Shown in pieces: positions 9,379 through 19,832 of a stretch of DNA of 64,000 bases (positions are counted from its first letter, which is position 1; each line of letters begins with the position of its first letter). A program made the position numbers and the translations under genes. Below the pieces are notes generated by a model, which saw only the letters and a list, made by a program, of their open reading frames with translations, had not been told where the DNA came from and made no database searches. Origin of the DNA: Spirochaetia bacterium. GTDB lineage: Bacteria > Spirochaetota > Spirochaetia > DSM-27196 > Salinispiraceae. The stretch lies in contig JBBRCZ010000009.1 of NCBI GenBank assembly GCA_038204425.1, positions 32,001 to 96,000 on the forward strand, read 5' to 3'.

Positions 9379-10109
9379 ATCAAACCTCCATTTACTGCAA
9401 TTACTTGTCTGGTGATATAAGCGGCTGATGCGGAAAGCAAAAAAATCGCTAGACCGGCTACTTCATCAGGCTTACCAAAACGTCGTAGGGGAATAGAGGG
9501 TAGAATTTGATCTTCGGGTACTTCACCGATCATGTCTGTTTCAATGACACCTGGTGCAATGCAATTTGCGGTTATATTACGTTTGCCCATTTCGACTGCT
9601 AAAGCCTTGGTTGCTCCAATAATACCGGCCTTTGCGGCACTATAGTTAACTTGACCCCGATTGCCAATCATCCCAGAAACTGACGACAAAGTAATTATTC
9701 TGCCTGGTTTGCGGGTCTGAACCATCGGCATGATAAGTGGATGAAGCACGTTGTAAAATCCATCCAGATTGGTATGAATAACCTTATCCCATTGTTCGTC
9801 CGTGATAGAAGGAAAAGCATTGTCAGCTGCTATACCAGCATTACAAATGACGCCATAATAGACGCCGTGATTCTCTATATCATTTAGTAAATTAACGCGA
9901 CATTCTTGTCGATTTGAAATATCAAAAGAAAGCAGGTGAGCCTTTACTCCCAATTTGATTGCTTGATCAACGACTGCCTGTGCACCTGGTTGGTCTTTAT
10001 TATAGTGGACCGTGAGGTCATATCCGGCAGCAGCAGCAGCAAGTGCAATTGCTTTTCCAATTCCCTTGCTTGCGCCGGTTACTATGACCGACTTATTGTT
10101 TGAACTCAT
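9375..10109 (-). CDS. fabG: 3-oxoacyl-ACP reductase (ApeQ/FabG-like)
   Basis: TGASKGIG, NAGI, YSAAKAG; ends in TRQVIAVNGGL, typical of APE ketoreductases. Confidence 0.9.
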   Translation of the reverse strand: MSSNNKSVIVTGASKGIGKAIALAAAAAGYDLTVHYNKDQPGAQAVVDQAIKLGVKAHLLSFDISNRQECRVNLLNDIENHGVYYGVICNAGIAADNAFPSITDEQWDKVIHTNLDGFYNVLHPLIMPMVQTRKPGRIITLSSVSGMIGNRGQVNYSAAKAGIIGATKALAVEMGKRNITANCIAPGVIETDMIGEVPEDQILPSIPLRRFGKPDEVAGLAIFLLSASAAYITRQVIAVNGGLI

Positions 10110-10115
10110 GTTGTT

Positions 10116-10592
10116 CTACTCCTTATTTTTGAGAAAGCTTTCGTCCACTTCAATCGCATTAATAATGGCATCTGCTATTGGAAATTGATTGTCTTGGTAG
10201 ATTTTACCTTCAAAAGAAACAACGTCCTTGTCTCTAAAAATCTGCAAAACCTCGCAAAATGTGCGACCCTTGGTTAAAAGTGGCTTAGCACAGGAAAAAT
10301 CACGAACAGCCATTATCATGCCCAAACGCGGTCGACCGTTTCTTGTGGAATGGTTAAGTAGTCCAGACAAAGCAGCGATACTCTGCGCCATATATTCAAA
10401 ACCAAAATAAGCGGGGATTCCCTGACGTTCATCGTCCCAAAACATAGAGTGACTATCAATATCGATGAAGGAAGTCAGACTCATGACTTCCGTAGAGTAT
10501 TTTATAAGACCGTCAAGTATAAACATACGAGAAGTATGGGGTACAAAACTTTTGAGTTGTTCTTTAGTTAGAATAATAGCTTGGGTATTCAT
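10116..10592 (-). CDS. Hotdog-fold dehydratase (ApeP-like)
   Basis: VPH...EYMAQSIAALSG...LGMIMAVR; lies between KS and KR. Confidence 0.8.
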   Translation of the reverse strand: MNTQAIILTKEQLKSFVPHTSRMFILDGLIKYSTEVMSLTSFIDIDSHSMFWDDERQGIPAYFGFEYMAQSIAALSGLLNHSTRNGRPRLGMIMAVRDFSCAKPLLTKGRTFCEVLQIFRDKDVVSFEGKIYQDNQFPIADAIINAIEVDESFLKNKE

Positions 10593-10593
10593 A

Positions 10594-11766
10594 CTAAGGA
10601 TTTATCCTTTCAACTATCAAACTGACATTGCTACCACCAAATGCAAATGAATTGCTCATACAGGACCTCAGGCGCGGTAGACTAAGGCCAGCCTTGGTAA
10701 ACGGCAAATATGGTTGGTTTTCGTTTGCTTGTCCATCCCAAAGGTGAATCGGCAAAAGCATGTTTGGATTTAGCTGCGAAAGCAACAACCAGCAAAAGGC
10801 CAGCTCGGTGGCACCGGCGGCACCTAAGGTGTGGCCAGTCAATGACTTACTGGAGCTGCATGCGACATCATTGCCAAAAACGGCCGCGGTACCTATTGCT
10901 TCCATATTGTCATTGAGCTGGGTTCCCGTGCCATGCAAATTGATGTAATCGATGTCCTCAGTTTGTTTTTTTGCCTGGGACAACGCAGAGCGCATGGCTT
11001 GAATCGCTCCATGTCCATCTGGGGCCGGAGCTGTCATATGGTAGGCATCTGCGCTCTCACCGATGCCTGTGATTGCAATTGCTTGTCCAGAAAAATCTTC
11101 CCGTGCAACTACAAACAGTGCAGCGGCTTCCCCTAGGTTGGTCCCTTGGCGATTTTTGCTAAAAGGCATACAAGGATTTCGATCAATTGCCTCCAATGCA
11201 AGAAAGCCTTTCAGTACCGATTCTGAAACAATATCTACGCCACCAACTATAACTGCATCACACGTTCCTAGCCTTAGCATACGTTGAGCGAGTCCAAAAG
11301 CACTGGCGCTCGAAGTGCAAGCTGTAGAAATACTCCAAGAAAAACAAGAAAGCTTAAAGTATGAACTTACTAGGATTGCCGGATAGTGGGCTCGTTGTTG
11401 CAGTAAGTCGTAGTCTGGCGGAAAGCTGCTATTTTTAAGCCTATATTCGAGCGCCTCACGAGATTGTTCAGAGCCATTATCGGTTGAGCCAATGATAACT
11501 GCTATTCTGTTTGCTCCATAGAGTGAACGAAGCTTTTCTACACTTGCTCGAATTTGCGAGCAGGAATCTTCCAACAAGGCTTTTATCCGATTGGGGGCAT
11601 TTTTAATAGAGGGAACCCTAGCGATGTAAAAAAATCCATCGTCAGTCGTTTCTTTGCAAAGCCCTCGTCTGTCTGACGCTAACAAACCGTCAAAAACCTG
11701 CGTGCATCCCGAACCCATACAGTTGACGATCCCAAGATCGGACAAGTAATATTGATCGTTATTCAT
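10594..11766 (-). CDS. Beta-ketoacyl-ACP synthase (ApeO-like)
   Basis: STACTSS, NLHGTGT, GHTLGAAG, SNSFAFGG. Confidence 0.92.
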   Translation of the reverse strand: MNNDQYYLSDLGIVNCMGSGCTQVFDGLLASDRRGLCKETTDDGFFYIARVPSIKNAPNRIKALLEDSCSQIRASVEKLRSLYGANRIAVIIGSTDNGSEQSREALEYRLKNSSFPPDYDLLQQRAHYPAILVSSYFKLSCFSWSISTACTSSASAFGLAQRMLRLGTCDAVIVGGVDIVSESVLKGFLALEAIDRNPCMPFSKNRQGTNLGEAAALFVVAREDFSGQAIAITGIGESADAYHMTAPAPDGHGAIQAMRSALSQAKKQTEDIDYINLHGTGTQLNDNMEAIGTAAVFGNDVACSSSKSLTGHTLGAAGATELAFCWLLLSQLNPNMLLPIHLWDGQANENQPYLPFTKAGLSLPRLRSCMSNSFAFGGSNVSLIVERINP

Positions 11767-12466
11767 TTACTTGAGATTCTCTGATGGTATAACCATATCC
11801 GCGCAATTTGTTTTCCAGTTTCTTCAGTTGTGGGCCTAATTCCAGCTCACATATCAGAAGCGTTCCAAAAAATATCTGGCGATATTCAATGCCGTATTTT
11901 TTCTGTGATTGAACGGTGTAGCCATGTGAGTGCAACAAATCATTGAGAGTCTGTGCTGGATAGTACAACAACTGAAAATCAAAAATCAAATAGGCAGGGT
12001 TCAAAGATCCCAGTGGTATGGCTGAATCAAACTCTATTTTTCCATCGTAGGCATAGTACAAATCGTAGGCTCGATTTCCCATGCTGGTAAAAGCGTTGAT
12101 GGAAAGTCCAGACTGATCGGAATCTACCATGGCTTGCAAATAGTAGGTTTGATCACCGTGATGCCCCTCAATTAGTTGCAAAATTTCTATTTTTTGCCCC
12201 ATAGCCGAGCTTGGCAAAATACCTAGAGGATGTTTGTCTTCAAAAAAAACTAGATCAGCCGAAGAGTATGTTTTTGTGACGCAACTACACAAAATACCTG
12301 TGAAAAAAAGAGAAGTCAGCATCAGAATCAATGTGGTTAGAATCTTTGATTTTGCGTTTTGGTGAAACCGTGTCTTCCATGGTTGAGTAGTTTTTTGCAT
12401 TGTTTTATGGTGGTATAAAATGTTAGACATAACGTAATATGTACCTTGGTTTTTTTGATTGTTCAA
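11759..12466 (-). CDS. DUF3261-type lipoprotein (ApeN-like); true start probably downstream (~12400)
   Basis: Lipobox-like ILCSC, DFQLLYYP motif, position just upstream of the KS. Confidence 0.7.
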   Translation of the reverse strand: MNNQKNQGTYYVMSNILYHHKTMQKTTQPWKTRFHQNAKSKILTTLILMLTSLFFTGILCSCVTKTYSSADLVFFEDKHPLGILPSSAMGQKIEILQLIEGHHGDQTYYLQAMVDSDQSGLSINAFTSMGNRAYDLYYAYDGKIEFDSAIPLGSLNPAYLIFDFQLLYYPAQTLNDLLHSHGYTVQSQKKYGIEYRQIFFGTLLICELELGPQLKKLENKLRGYGYTIRESQVNE

Positions 12467-13137
12467 GTAGCGAGCCTGTTGATCTTCTCGACCTAGCAGA
12501 ACAAGCCAGATTCGTCGGCATGAACCACTCTCGTGCTCTTGACTTTATGGCTGGGCGTTATGTTGCAAAAACAATGGCCAGTCACTTGTTTCAAGTTCCT
12601 GCCAATCACGTAGAGATACATGTTTCAGAAAACGGAAAGCCATATTTTAGCGATTTTAAGGACTGGACAGTTTCTATAGCCCATCATTCAAAAAAGGTGA
12701 TCTGCTCAATTGCACGCCTAGCAAGTGGAGTTGATGTCCAAAGCCATCGAAGTAAGCGTGATATTGGGTCTATCTCCGCTCTATCCTTTTTGGACTCAGA
12801 GTGCTTGTCTGTGCAGCTCAGCAAGGATCCAGTAGCCAGTTTTTATGCTCATTGGGTTATAAAAGAAGCTATGCTTAAGGGAGAAGGCAGCTCGGTTTGG
12901 AGCATGTCCGAGTTGCCAGCAATTGTTTTTGAAGCGCCTGATCATTCTAACGTCAAAGCGCCAATCGGAGTGGTTTGGGAGCTGCTTGATTTGCCAATGG
13001 GCTGTTTTATTGGCTTATCTAGTCGACAAGGCATTAACATTGAGAGCTTACAATGGGATGAGCAGTTTAATCTGCCTGCAGCATCGAAACAGTGGGCGTT
13101 GGCTTATCTTGCTCCCCAATTAGCGGTGCCAGAATGA
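12439..13137 (+). CDS. 4'-phosphopantetheinyl transferase (Sfp-type)
   Basis: AGR...NGKPY, VSIAH, GVDVQ and FYAHWVIKEAMLK motifs. Confidence 0.85.
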   Translation: MYLGFFDCSSSEPVDLLDLAEQARFVGMNHSRALDFMAGRYVAKTMASHLFQVPANHVEIHVSENGKPYFSDFKDWTVSIAHHSKKVICSIARLASGVDVQSHRSKRDIGSISALSFLDSECLSVQLSKDPVASFYAHWVIKEAMLKGEGSSVWSMSELPAIVFEAPDHSNVKAPIGVVWELLDLPMGCFIGLSSRQGINIESLQWDEQFNLPAASKQWALAYLAPQLAVPE

Positions 13138-15514
13138 AAGAGATGGCTACCCCAAGTCCGACGGTTACTCCAAAAGTTGCCGCAAATTGACTAAAAGCCA
13201 GTAGACCAAAAGAAAACACGTTTGTTAGCATCGACAGTGTTATGGACAATATAGTGGTATGCAAGCGCTCCCGTCCTTCACGGTAAAAAATGGCATAGTC
13301 TATTCCTGTACCAGGAACCATGATTAAACCCATAACTACAAATAGGTTAAACGGCAGACCACTTATCCCAAGTACCGCCACAGTTATTACGCTTGCTAAA
13401 ACAGGCACCAAGGCAATCCGAACGGAAGCTTGCCATGGGTAAATAAACAAAAGTCCAACAAAAATCACTAGGTATGAGGTGATCAAGATCAGGATGGCTA
13501 AGGAAGATAAGCTTGCTAACGTGTCATTGACCGAGTCGATTTTATTTACAAAGTATATACCCGACCCCGCATCGTTTATGGTTGATAAGGCGAGCTTGTC
13601 TTTTACTCCAAAAAGTACAACCGCATTGTACCAACTGCCGTCATCCATATAGCCAACCTTAATTGATTTTAAGAGACGCCCAAAAATTGTGTCACTGAGA
13701 ATTTGGTGACTGAGCAGGCGCGTGGACTGTGCTTTATAATCGGCCGATAGAGAGTTGATTGATTTCTCTTGAAAGCCCAGAGTTAGCAGTTGTTCTTTGC
13801 TTGCTGGAATCAAGACTGTTCCCGCCAAGGTATAATTTTGCTTTTGTCGCGCCTCGGAAGGTAAAAAACGTGAGGCGGCCAAAAAAGAGCTTAAAACTCC
13901 CGAATTTTTGAGCGTTTCTAACTTTTTTGTTAAGGCTTCCTCTTTTTGCAGAACTTCTTCTTGCGACGTTCCCTGGATTATAAAATAACTGCCCGATGGA
14001 CTTAGTCCCGTTATTTTTGAACTAAGTGATTCGTCCTGGGCAAGTTGGGCAGGCATCACATAAAAGGAACGTACATTGTTGTCTACGCGCAAGAGCAGGA
14101 AGCCGCTCACCACGAAAGCCAGAGTCAAAAGTACTACAATAATCACTACAGGGCGGTTTAAGCCGCGAAGACGTTCGTTGAATCTCAGAAGCCAGCTTGA
14201 AAAGACTCTTCTGTGAGGCTTCAACTTGGCACGAGAAGGGGGGATGAGCGGGTATATAAAAATAACTGCCAAATAGGAACTCAGGAGTCCACACATGGAA
14301 AAAACAGCAATCTGTTGTAGAAGTGGAAAAGGAGCAAGGGTGAAAGCGAAGTAACTAACCAAGGTGGTGATTAAGCCCAAGGTAATACCTTTAAATATTT
14401 TGGAAATAATCCTGTCACCTCGGCGACCATTCTCAGGATCAAACCATTCAGAGAAGTAGTGTAGAGAATACTCAATACTGATCCCTATGAGGCTCGTTCC
14501 AAATACGATAGTAAACAGATGTACATCTTTAAATACCAAAAGCGTGCAGGCCATGCCAACCGCTATGCCAATACTCATTGTAATTAGACTGGATAGCAGC
14601 GGAATAACCGAGCGGAAGCAAATGATCAATAGTAAAATGCTTAAAATAAAGGAGATAGTACTTATGGTGGCTATTTCTGATTGGGTTTTCACTGAACTTG
14701 CATAAGAATGAAACGGGACTCCTGAGCAGACAAAACTCGTATTTGGTATTTGGCTTGTGATTGTTTTGATTTCGGCTTGGATTTTTGTAACTAAATTACC
14801 TTCGGTTTCGGTTATAAAACCTGATTCCGAAGCGCTTATATCCAACATCACATACCAGTTACCTTCATAGTTGGCAGCCAAAACGCCATCTCTTACCGAA
14901 AGACTGCCGCTACCCAGTAGTCCAGATTGAATATGGGCCCGTAACGAACGGTAGCCCAATAACCAAGGATCTTGTTCGAGATAATCAAGACTTCCCAAAT
15001 TAACCGGTGCGGAAATTGCTTGCCACACATCGGCGGACAACGATTCAATGTTGCCATCTTTAAGAAGTTCTAAGCTGTCTTTTGACAGGGTTTGATATCG
15101 ATAGTCAAAAAGTAGCTTATTTACTTCAGGTAAGGTCTCGGTTTTGATATCAAAACGGACTTGTTCTATTCGCTTGTCGGTTCGGATACTTTGATACAGT
15201 TTTTCGGTTGCTTGCCGTGCCAAAGAAAAATCCGGATTGCGAGCAAAAATGATCATGGTGTTTGAGGCTCGTTCGGCAAGTTTTTTTTCGACTTTAGCAA
15301 TTGATGCTTGGCTATCTGAGCTTGGCAAAACGGCCCACAAATCGGCGCTTATGTTGGCGAGCGGGCCTCTAAAAAAGAGTAATGCCACTAGCGCATGAAG
15401 GATCAAAAAAACTATCGGCCCGCCAATGCGAATCAGTTTTTTAGACCAAAATGGTTTTTTCACCTGCAAAGGAGAGGGGGAGGTATTATTGAGCAAAGAA
15501 CTTTTCTTCTTCAA
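13067..15514 (-). CDS. MMPL/RND-family exporter (ApeM-like)
   Basis: Two multi-TM repeats with a large periplasmic loop; FGTSLIGISIEYSLHY, GIDYAIF. Confidence 0.85.
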   Translation of the reverse strand: MKKKSSLLNNTSPSPLQVKKPFWSKKLIRIGGPIVFLILHALVALLFFRGPLANISADLWAVLPSSDSQASIAKVEKKLAERASNTMIIFARNPDFSLARQATEKLYQSIRTDKRIEQVRFDIKTETLPEVNKLLFDYRYQTLSKDSLELLKDGNIESLSADVWQAISAPVNLGSLDYLEQDPWLLGYRSLRAHIQSGLLGSGSLSVRDGVLAANYEGNWYVMLDISASESGFITETEGNLVTKIQAEIKTITSQIPNTSFVCSGVPFHSYASSVKTQSEIATISTISFILSILLLIICFRSVIPLLSSLITMSIGIAVGMACTLLVFKDVHLFTIVFGTSLIGISIEYSLHYFSEWFDPENGRRGDRIISKIFKGITLGLITTLVSYFAFTLAPFPLLQQIAVFSMCGLLSSYLAVIFIYPLIPPSRAKLKPHRRVFSSWLLRFNERLRGLNRPVVIIVVLLTLAFVVSGFLLLRVDNNVRSFYVMPAQLAQDESLSSKITGLSPSGSYFIIQGTSQEEVLQKEEALTKKLETLKNSGVLSSFLAASRFLPSEARQKQNYTLAGTVLIPASKEQLLTLGFQEKSINSLSADYKAQSTRLLSHQILSDTIFGRLLKSIKVGYMDDGSWYNAVVLFGVKDKLALSTINDAGSGIYFVNKIDSVNDTLASLSSLAILILITSYLVIFVGLLFIYPWQASVRIALVPVLASVITVAVLGISGLPFNLFVVMGLIMVPGTGIDYAIFYREGRERLHTTILSITLSMLTNVFSFGLLAFSQFAATFGVTVGLGVAISFILAPLIGEQDKPTPTVSMLQAD

Positions 15515-16124
15515 GACTCAACCTTTCTGGAAAAAAGGTATCACTAAACACATAGTCAACCGAATCGCCGGTACTTTCTACAATTCTAAAACTTTCGATA
15601 AATTGTCTACCTCTAATAAACATGGTCGCAATGATTGACCTAAAACTTTTGTCTCTAGGCTCCAGTTTGAGATACCAATTTCCATCAACGCTGGTAAAAC
15701 TGATAACAAACTCGACCTCAACCAGACCAGTGTCACCTTTGAATACTGCCTGAATAGTATGGGAAAACCGCTTGAATACTTCATTGCCTCCCATAACGCT
15801 TTCGCGACCGTCCGGAGTACGTTGTACCATGCGATCGTTAGCCATTAACAAAACCGAAGCAAATGGGGTTTTTATGTTCCATAAAAGGCCATCTTTGGCA
15901 GAAAAGATAAAATTACCTTTTGAAACAAAAGATCTACCAAGCCGAGTTAGTTTTTTAGTTTGAGTAAAGGTACCTTTGGCAATGGGATGAGTACCAATTG
16001 TTTTAAATATTTCTACAATGGTGCTTCGATTTCCTGGTCCAAGCGGCATATATTGTCGATTGAATTCTTGTTGTGCAGCTACTGAAAGTATGGGCACAAA
16101 CAACAGTAAAAAGACTAGACGCAT
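15486..16124 (-). CDS. LolA-like outer membrane lipoprotein carrier (ApeL-like)
   Basis: GTFTQTK...SKGNFIF...GLLW...PF; signal peptide from ATG 16124. Confidence 0.8.
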   Translation of the reverse strand: MRLVFLLLFVPILSVAAQQEFNRQYMPLGPGNRSTIVEIFKTIGTHPIAKGTFTQTKKLTRLGRSFVSKGNFIFSAKDGLLWNIKTPFASVLLMANDRMVQRTPDGRESVMGGNEVFKRFSHTIQAVFKGDTGLVEVEFVISFTSVDGNWYLKLEPRDKSFRSIIATMFIRGRQFIESFRIVESTGDSVDYVFSDTFFPERLSLEEEKFFAQ

Positions 16125-16555
16125 GTTTTTTCCAAGGCAAGGTAAGCTTTGACTTTGTCCTGAAAGCAAGCAGGAGTTACTAATTGACTGTTGCCACTTT
16201 CAATTTCAACGGCCATCTGAATACTTTCAGCTTTATTTATGATGGTGCCTGTCCATGGATCAAACATGCGGTAGGTTAGCCTAATTCGATTTTCGTATTC
16301 AATCAAACTGGCGCGAATTCTTACTGTCTGGCCCAAACTTAAAGGACGAATGTACTTCAATTGAAGGCTAACAACTGGCCAAGCATAGCCTGAGCTTACC
16401 ATTTCCTGATAGCTATAGTGAACCAAATCAAGCAATGCGCATCGGGCTTGTTCCATATATTTTATGTAGTTACCATGCCATACAATCTGCATTGGATCCA
16501 AGTCATAGAATTCGACTTTAACATCAAGCTCAGTTTGAATTATTGGCGCGTTCAC
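16115..16555 (-). CDS. 4HBT-family acyl-CoA thioesterase (ApeK-like)
   Basis: FYDLDPMQIVWHGNYIKYMEQAR; RBS GGAGG before GTG 16555. Confidence 0.88.
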   Translation of the reverse strand: MNAPIIQTELDVKVEFYDLDPMQIVWHGNYIKYMEQARCALLDLVHYSYQEMVSSGYAWPVVSLQLKYIRPLSLGQTVRIRASLIEYENRIRLTYRMFDPWTGTIINKAESIQMAVEIESGNSQLVTPACFQDKVKAYLALEKTCV

Positions 16556-18084
16556 AATAGCACCTCCCAATGACGACTGCGGATGAGATCTATGGTTTGA
16601 CGTAAATCAGATTCTAGCGGACGATCATCCTCAACTAATTCAAAAATGGAGCCGACTTGATTCATAAGGGGCAAGACGCCCGCCAGATGACTATCTTTGA
16701 TTTGATGCGCGCGTTGACGTAGCCAAAGCGCTTGAGTAAAGGCCAGTAAACACGCTGCTGCAACTTGTTCCGTTAGCTCAAGAACCCGAATACAGTCACG
16801 GGCAGCAATGGTTCCCATACTTACTTTGTCTTGATTATGGCACTCCGTTGAACGCGAAAAAACACTCGCTGGCATGGTGTTCTTTAAGGCTTCAGCGGTC
16901 CAGGCCGAGGCGCCAATTTGAACAGCCTTGAAACCGTGATTGTAGGCAAACTCCCCAGTTTTTCCAGACAGATTTGGCGGTAAACCTCGGTTGAACTTTT
17001 CGTCAACCAAAACCGCCAATTGTCGATCAAGCAAATCTGCCAAATTGGCAACAATATTCTTTAGAGAATCCATCGCAAATGCAATATGACCGCCATAAAA
17101 ATGGCCGCCATGCATAATCGAGGAACTGTCAGGATCAATAATCGGGTTGTCGTTGGCACTGTTAAGTTCGTTCTCGATAAACTGACGCAACATGGGGGAT
17201 GCATCAAAAAAAACGCCAATTATATGAGGTGCACAACGTACGGAATAGGGATCTTGCAAACGATGAGGCATAATGCCATCTTTATGAATCTCGCCTAAAT
17301 CAAGCCGAATCTTACGGGCAACGTCAATCTGGCCAGGATGCGGTTTTGCCTCAAAAAGTCGTTCGTCAAAATGGTAAGCATTTCCTTTGAGCGCCAAGGA
17401 AACCATTGCGGTTAAACGACAGCAAAGATTAGCAAGGTAGTCAGCTCGTTCGAATGCCAAGCAAGCCACCGCTGTCATCACGGCGGTTCCATTCATTATT
17501 GCCAAGCCTTCTTTTGGCTGAAAACGTATTGGCTTGAGGCCAAATTTTGCCAATGCTTCAGCTGCACTTATAACTTTTCCCTCATGAGAGACATTGCGCT
17601 CACCAACAATTGCAGCAGCTATGTAAGACAGGGGCGTTAGATCGCCGCTTGCGCCCACCGAACCTTCTTGTGGCACAAGAGGTAAAATGTCGTGTTCGAT
17701 AAGTGCCATCAACGAGTCCATCAGCCCCATGGTGACGCCTGAATAGCCTCGCCCAAGCGAGTTTAGTCTAACCGCGATAATTGCACGAGTAGTAGCTGCG
17801 TCAAAATGATCTCCCAAACCACAGCCATGAAAACGGGTTAGATGAAGTGGTAGGGTGTGGTAGTGTTCTTTAGCGACTTCTTTATCGCAAGAATCACCAT
17901 ACCCCGTAGTTACACCGTAAATATTGCCACGTTCCTGCAATATTTTTTCCAGAAATGCAGGGCCAGCCAACATTCGTTTGATCCAGTTTGGATCTTTACT
18001 TAGGCTCAAGCTGGCCTCTTTTCTTGAGACCAAACAAATGTCCTCTATAGTAATAGTTTTGTTTCCGATTTCTACTTTTTTCAT
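16552..18084 (-). CDS. Aromatic amino acid ammonia-lyase (HAL/PAL/TAL family)
   Basis: YGVTTGYG, MIO motif GSVGASGDL, QDPYSVRC, NDNP, HNQDKVSMG. Confidence 0.93.
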   Translation of the reverse strand: MKKVEIGNKTITIEDICLVSRKEASLSLSKDPNWIKRMLAGPAFLEKILQERGNIYGVTTGYGDSCDKEVAKEHYHTLPLHLTRFHGCGLGDHFDAATTRAIIAVRLNSLGRGYSGVTMGLMDSLMALIEHDILPLVPQEGSVGASGDLTPLSYIAAAIVGERNVSHEGKVISAAEALAKFGLKPIRFQPKEGLAIMNGTAVMTAVACLAFERADYLANLCCRLTAMVSLALKGNAYHFDERLFEAKPHPGQIDVARKIRLDLGEIHKDGIMPHRLQDPYSVRCAPHIIGVFFDASPMLRQFIENELNSANDNPIIDPDSSSIMHGGHFYGGHIAFAMDSLKNIVANLADLLDRQLAVLVDEKFNRGLPPNLSGKTGEFAYNHGFKAVQIGASAWTAEALKNTMPASVFSRSTECHNQDKVSMGTIAARDCIRVLELTEQVAAACLLAFTQALWLRQRAHQIKDSHLAGVLPLMNQVGSIFELVEDDRPLESDLRQTIDLIRSRHWEVLL

Positions 18085-18117
18085 TGCATTCCCCTATGCC
18101 AGGTTTATCCTCAGCCT

Positions 18118-19074
18118 TTATTCTGGCTTTTGCCAGAAGTCAAAAAAATTGTACCATTGTGTCGGAAATTTCTTACAGAGCATTTCGAGATAGCCAACAA
18201 ATTCTTGGATCACTATTGTTATTTTCTTCATACGGTCTTTGCGCGAACCACTTAGATCCTGACTGGATTTCCATACGTAAAAACCGTAGGCGCTATCAAA
18301 GTCTTGCTCGTCCAAACGTAAACCAAACATGAAGTATAGTGGAGCATCCAACAGACTAGCAAGAATAAAAGAGCCTTGCGGAAACCAAGCCCTTTGACCC
18401 AAAAAATCAATAGCCTGTGACTTGCGTTGGTTTTCGGCCGAGGTGCGATCAGCTGCTATAATAACGAGGTCGCCCTTTGAAATAGCGTGCTGCAGGCCAA
18501 TAATGGTGTCTGGACCCATATTGCGTGCCGAAACAAGTCGCACCATAGATTGGGGGTTAATCTCTTCCAAAAATCGATTGAATTTGCTGGTTCCAGAAAA
18601 ATCAACAATTGATTGTATTCCAAAATCAGGCAGCAAGGTTGCTGTTTGCTTGCTGCTTGCCAAAGCCCGCAATATTTCCATATTGCCCAAATGCGAGCAG
18701 ATGATGACGGCGCCTTTCTTTTGTTGTAATCTTTGCACCAGCTCGTCGACAGCTTCGGTCATTATTCTTAATTCGTTAATATGCATCTTGCCATCCCAAG
18801 CCGCCACCTTTTCGATCAGCGAATAGGAAAAAGAAAACAAATGTCTGAAAACCATTCCACGCTGGAATCTAAAATCTGGATCTATGGCTTCCAAGCGGGC
18901 AAAGTAGCGTCTGCTTAAGCGTCTTACTTTTGGTAGGAGCAGAAAAAAAACGGCAACCGTAGGATATAAAAAAACTCTTAAACGTTTGACGCCACAGTAT
19001 TTATAGATCAACCAGACTAGCCGAAACTGCCAGATTCCACCACCTTTTTCTTTTTCGCCCGACCAATGTGCCAT
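18118..19074 (-). CDS. LpxL-like acyltransferase (C-terminal half of ApeJ)
   Basis: HWSGEKEKG, SHLGNMEILRAL, AADR, QWYNFFDFW. Confidence 0.82.
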   Translation of the reverse strand: MAHWSGEKEKGGGIWQFRLVWLIYKYCGVKRLRVFLYPTVAVFFLLLPKVRRLSRRYFARLEAIDPDFRFQRGMVFRHLFSFSYSLIEKVAAWDGKMHINELRIMTEAVDELVQRLQQKKGAVIICSHLGNMEILRALASSKQTATLLPDFGIQSIVDFSGTSKFNRFLEEINPQSMVRLVSARNMGPDTIIGLQHAISKGDLVIIAADRTSAENQRKSQAIDFLGQRAWFPQGSFILASLLDAPLYFMFGLRLDEQDFDSAYGFYVWKSSQDLSGSRKDRMKKITIVIQEFVGYLEMLCKKFPTQWYNFFDFWQKPE

Positions 19075-19832
19075 TAGGGTCTATTTCCTTTAACTTTAGC
19101 TGTGGTTCTTCGTAGTATCAACCAAGGAAGCCTAATTAGCATGTTAAAAAAAAGTACCGTATGCATCCACGTAATAGCAACGTTGTCTTTTACCATCCTA
19201 AAATGCGAAATTCCACCTTTAGGATAAATTACTTTAACGGGAAGAAATTTCATAGATAGACCAGCCCAATGGAGACGAACCAGTACTTCAATATCAAATT
19301 CCATCCGCTTAAAAAAGACTCTACTCTTGAGCAAACTTGCAGTAGCTTGCAGTGGATACATGCGAAAACCGCACATAGCATCAGGTATATCTAGTGAAAC
19401 GGTATTGATAGCAACCCAAAAGTTGGTAATTTTCCGACCTAGTTTACGCCCCAGCGGAACACTTTCGTCATAGACTGGACGACCGCATATGGCCAAATTT
19501 GGCTGATTTTTTGATTCTTCTAAAAAAGTTAGGATTTCACCCAAATCATGTTGGCCATCTGCGTCGACTTGCAAGGCGTGGCTAAAACCCGCCTCATGAG
19601 CCCTAAGCAATCCAAAACTAACTGCCCCACCTTTTCCGAGATTTTTTTCAAGGGTAAAAACAGTACAGGTGCTGTGCTGGCTGGCAATCTCCTTTAAGGC
19701 CTGCTTGGTCTGCGCATCACTTCCATCATCAACTAAGATTAGCGGCAAACCCCGAGCAACCAGATCATTGCAGACGCTCCTAACCGGTGTGCCATGGTTA
19801 TAAACAGGTATAACGGCGCAGGCTTTATACAT
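19074..19832 (-). CDS. GT2 glycosyltransferase (N-terminal half of ApeJ)
   Basis: VIPVYNH, VDDGS, NLGKGGAV, DADGQH, CGFRMYPL, ISHF. Confidence 0.9.
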   Translation of the reverse strand: MYKACAVIPVYNHGTPVRSVCNDLVARGLPLILVDDGSDAQTKQALKEIASQHSTCTVFTLEKNLGKGGAVSFGLLRAHEAGFSHALQVDADGQHDLGEILTFLEESKNQPNLAICGRPVYDESVPLGRKLGRKITNFWVAINTVSLDIPDAMCGFRMYPLQATASLLKSRVFFKRMEFDIEVLVRLHWAGLSMKFLPVKVIYPKGGISHFRMVKDNVAITWMHTVLFFNMLIRLPWLILRRTTAKVKGNRP

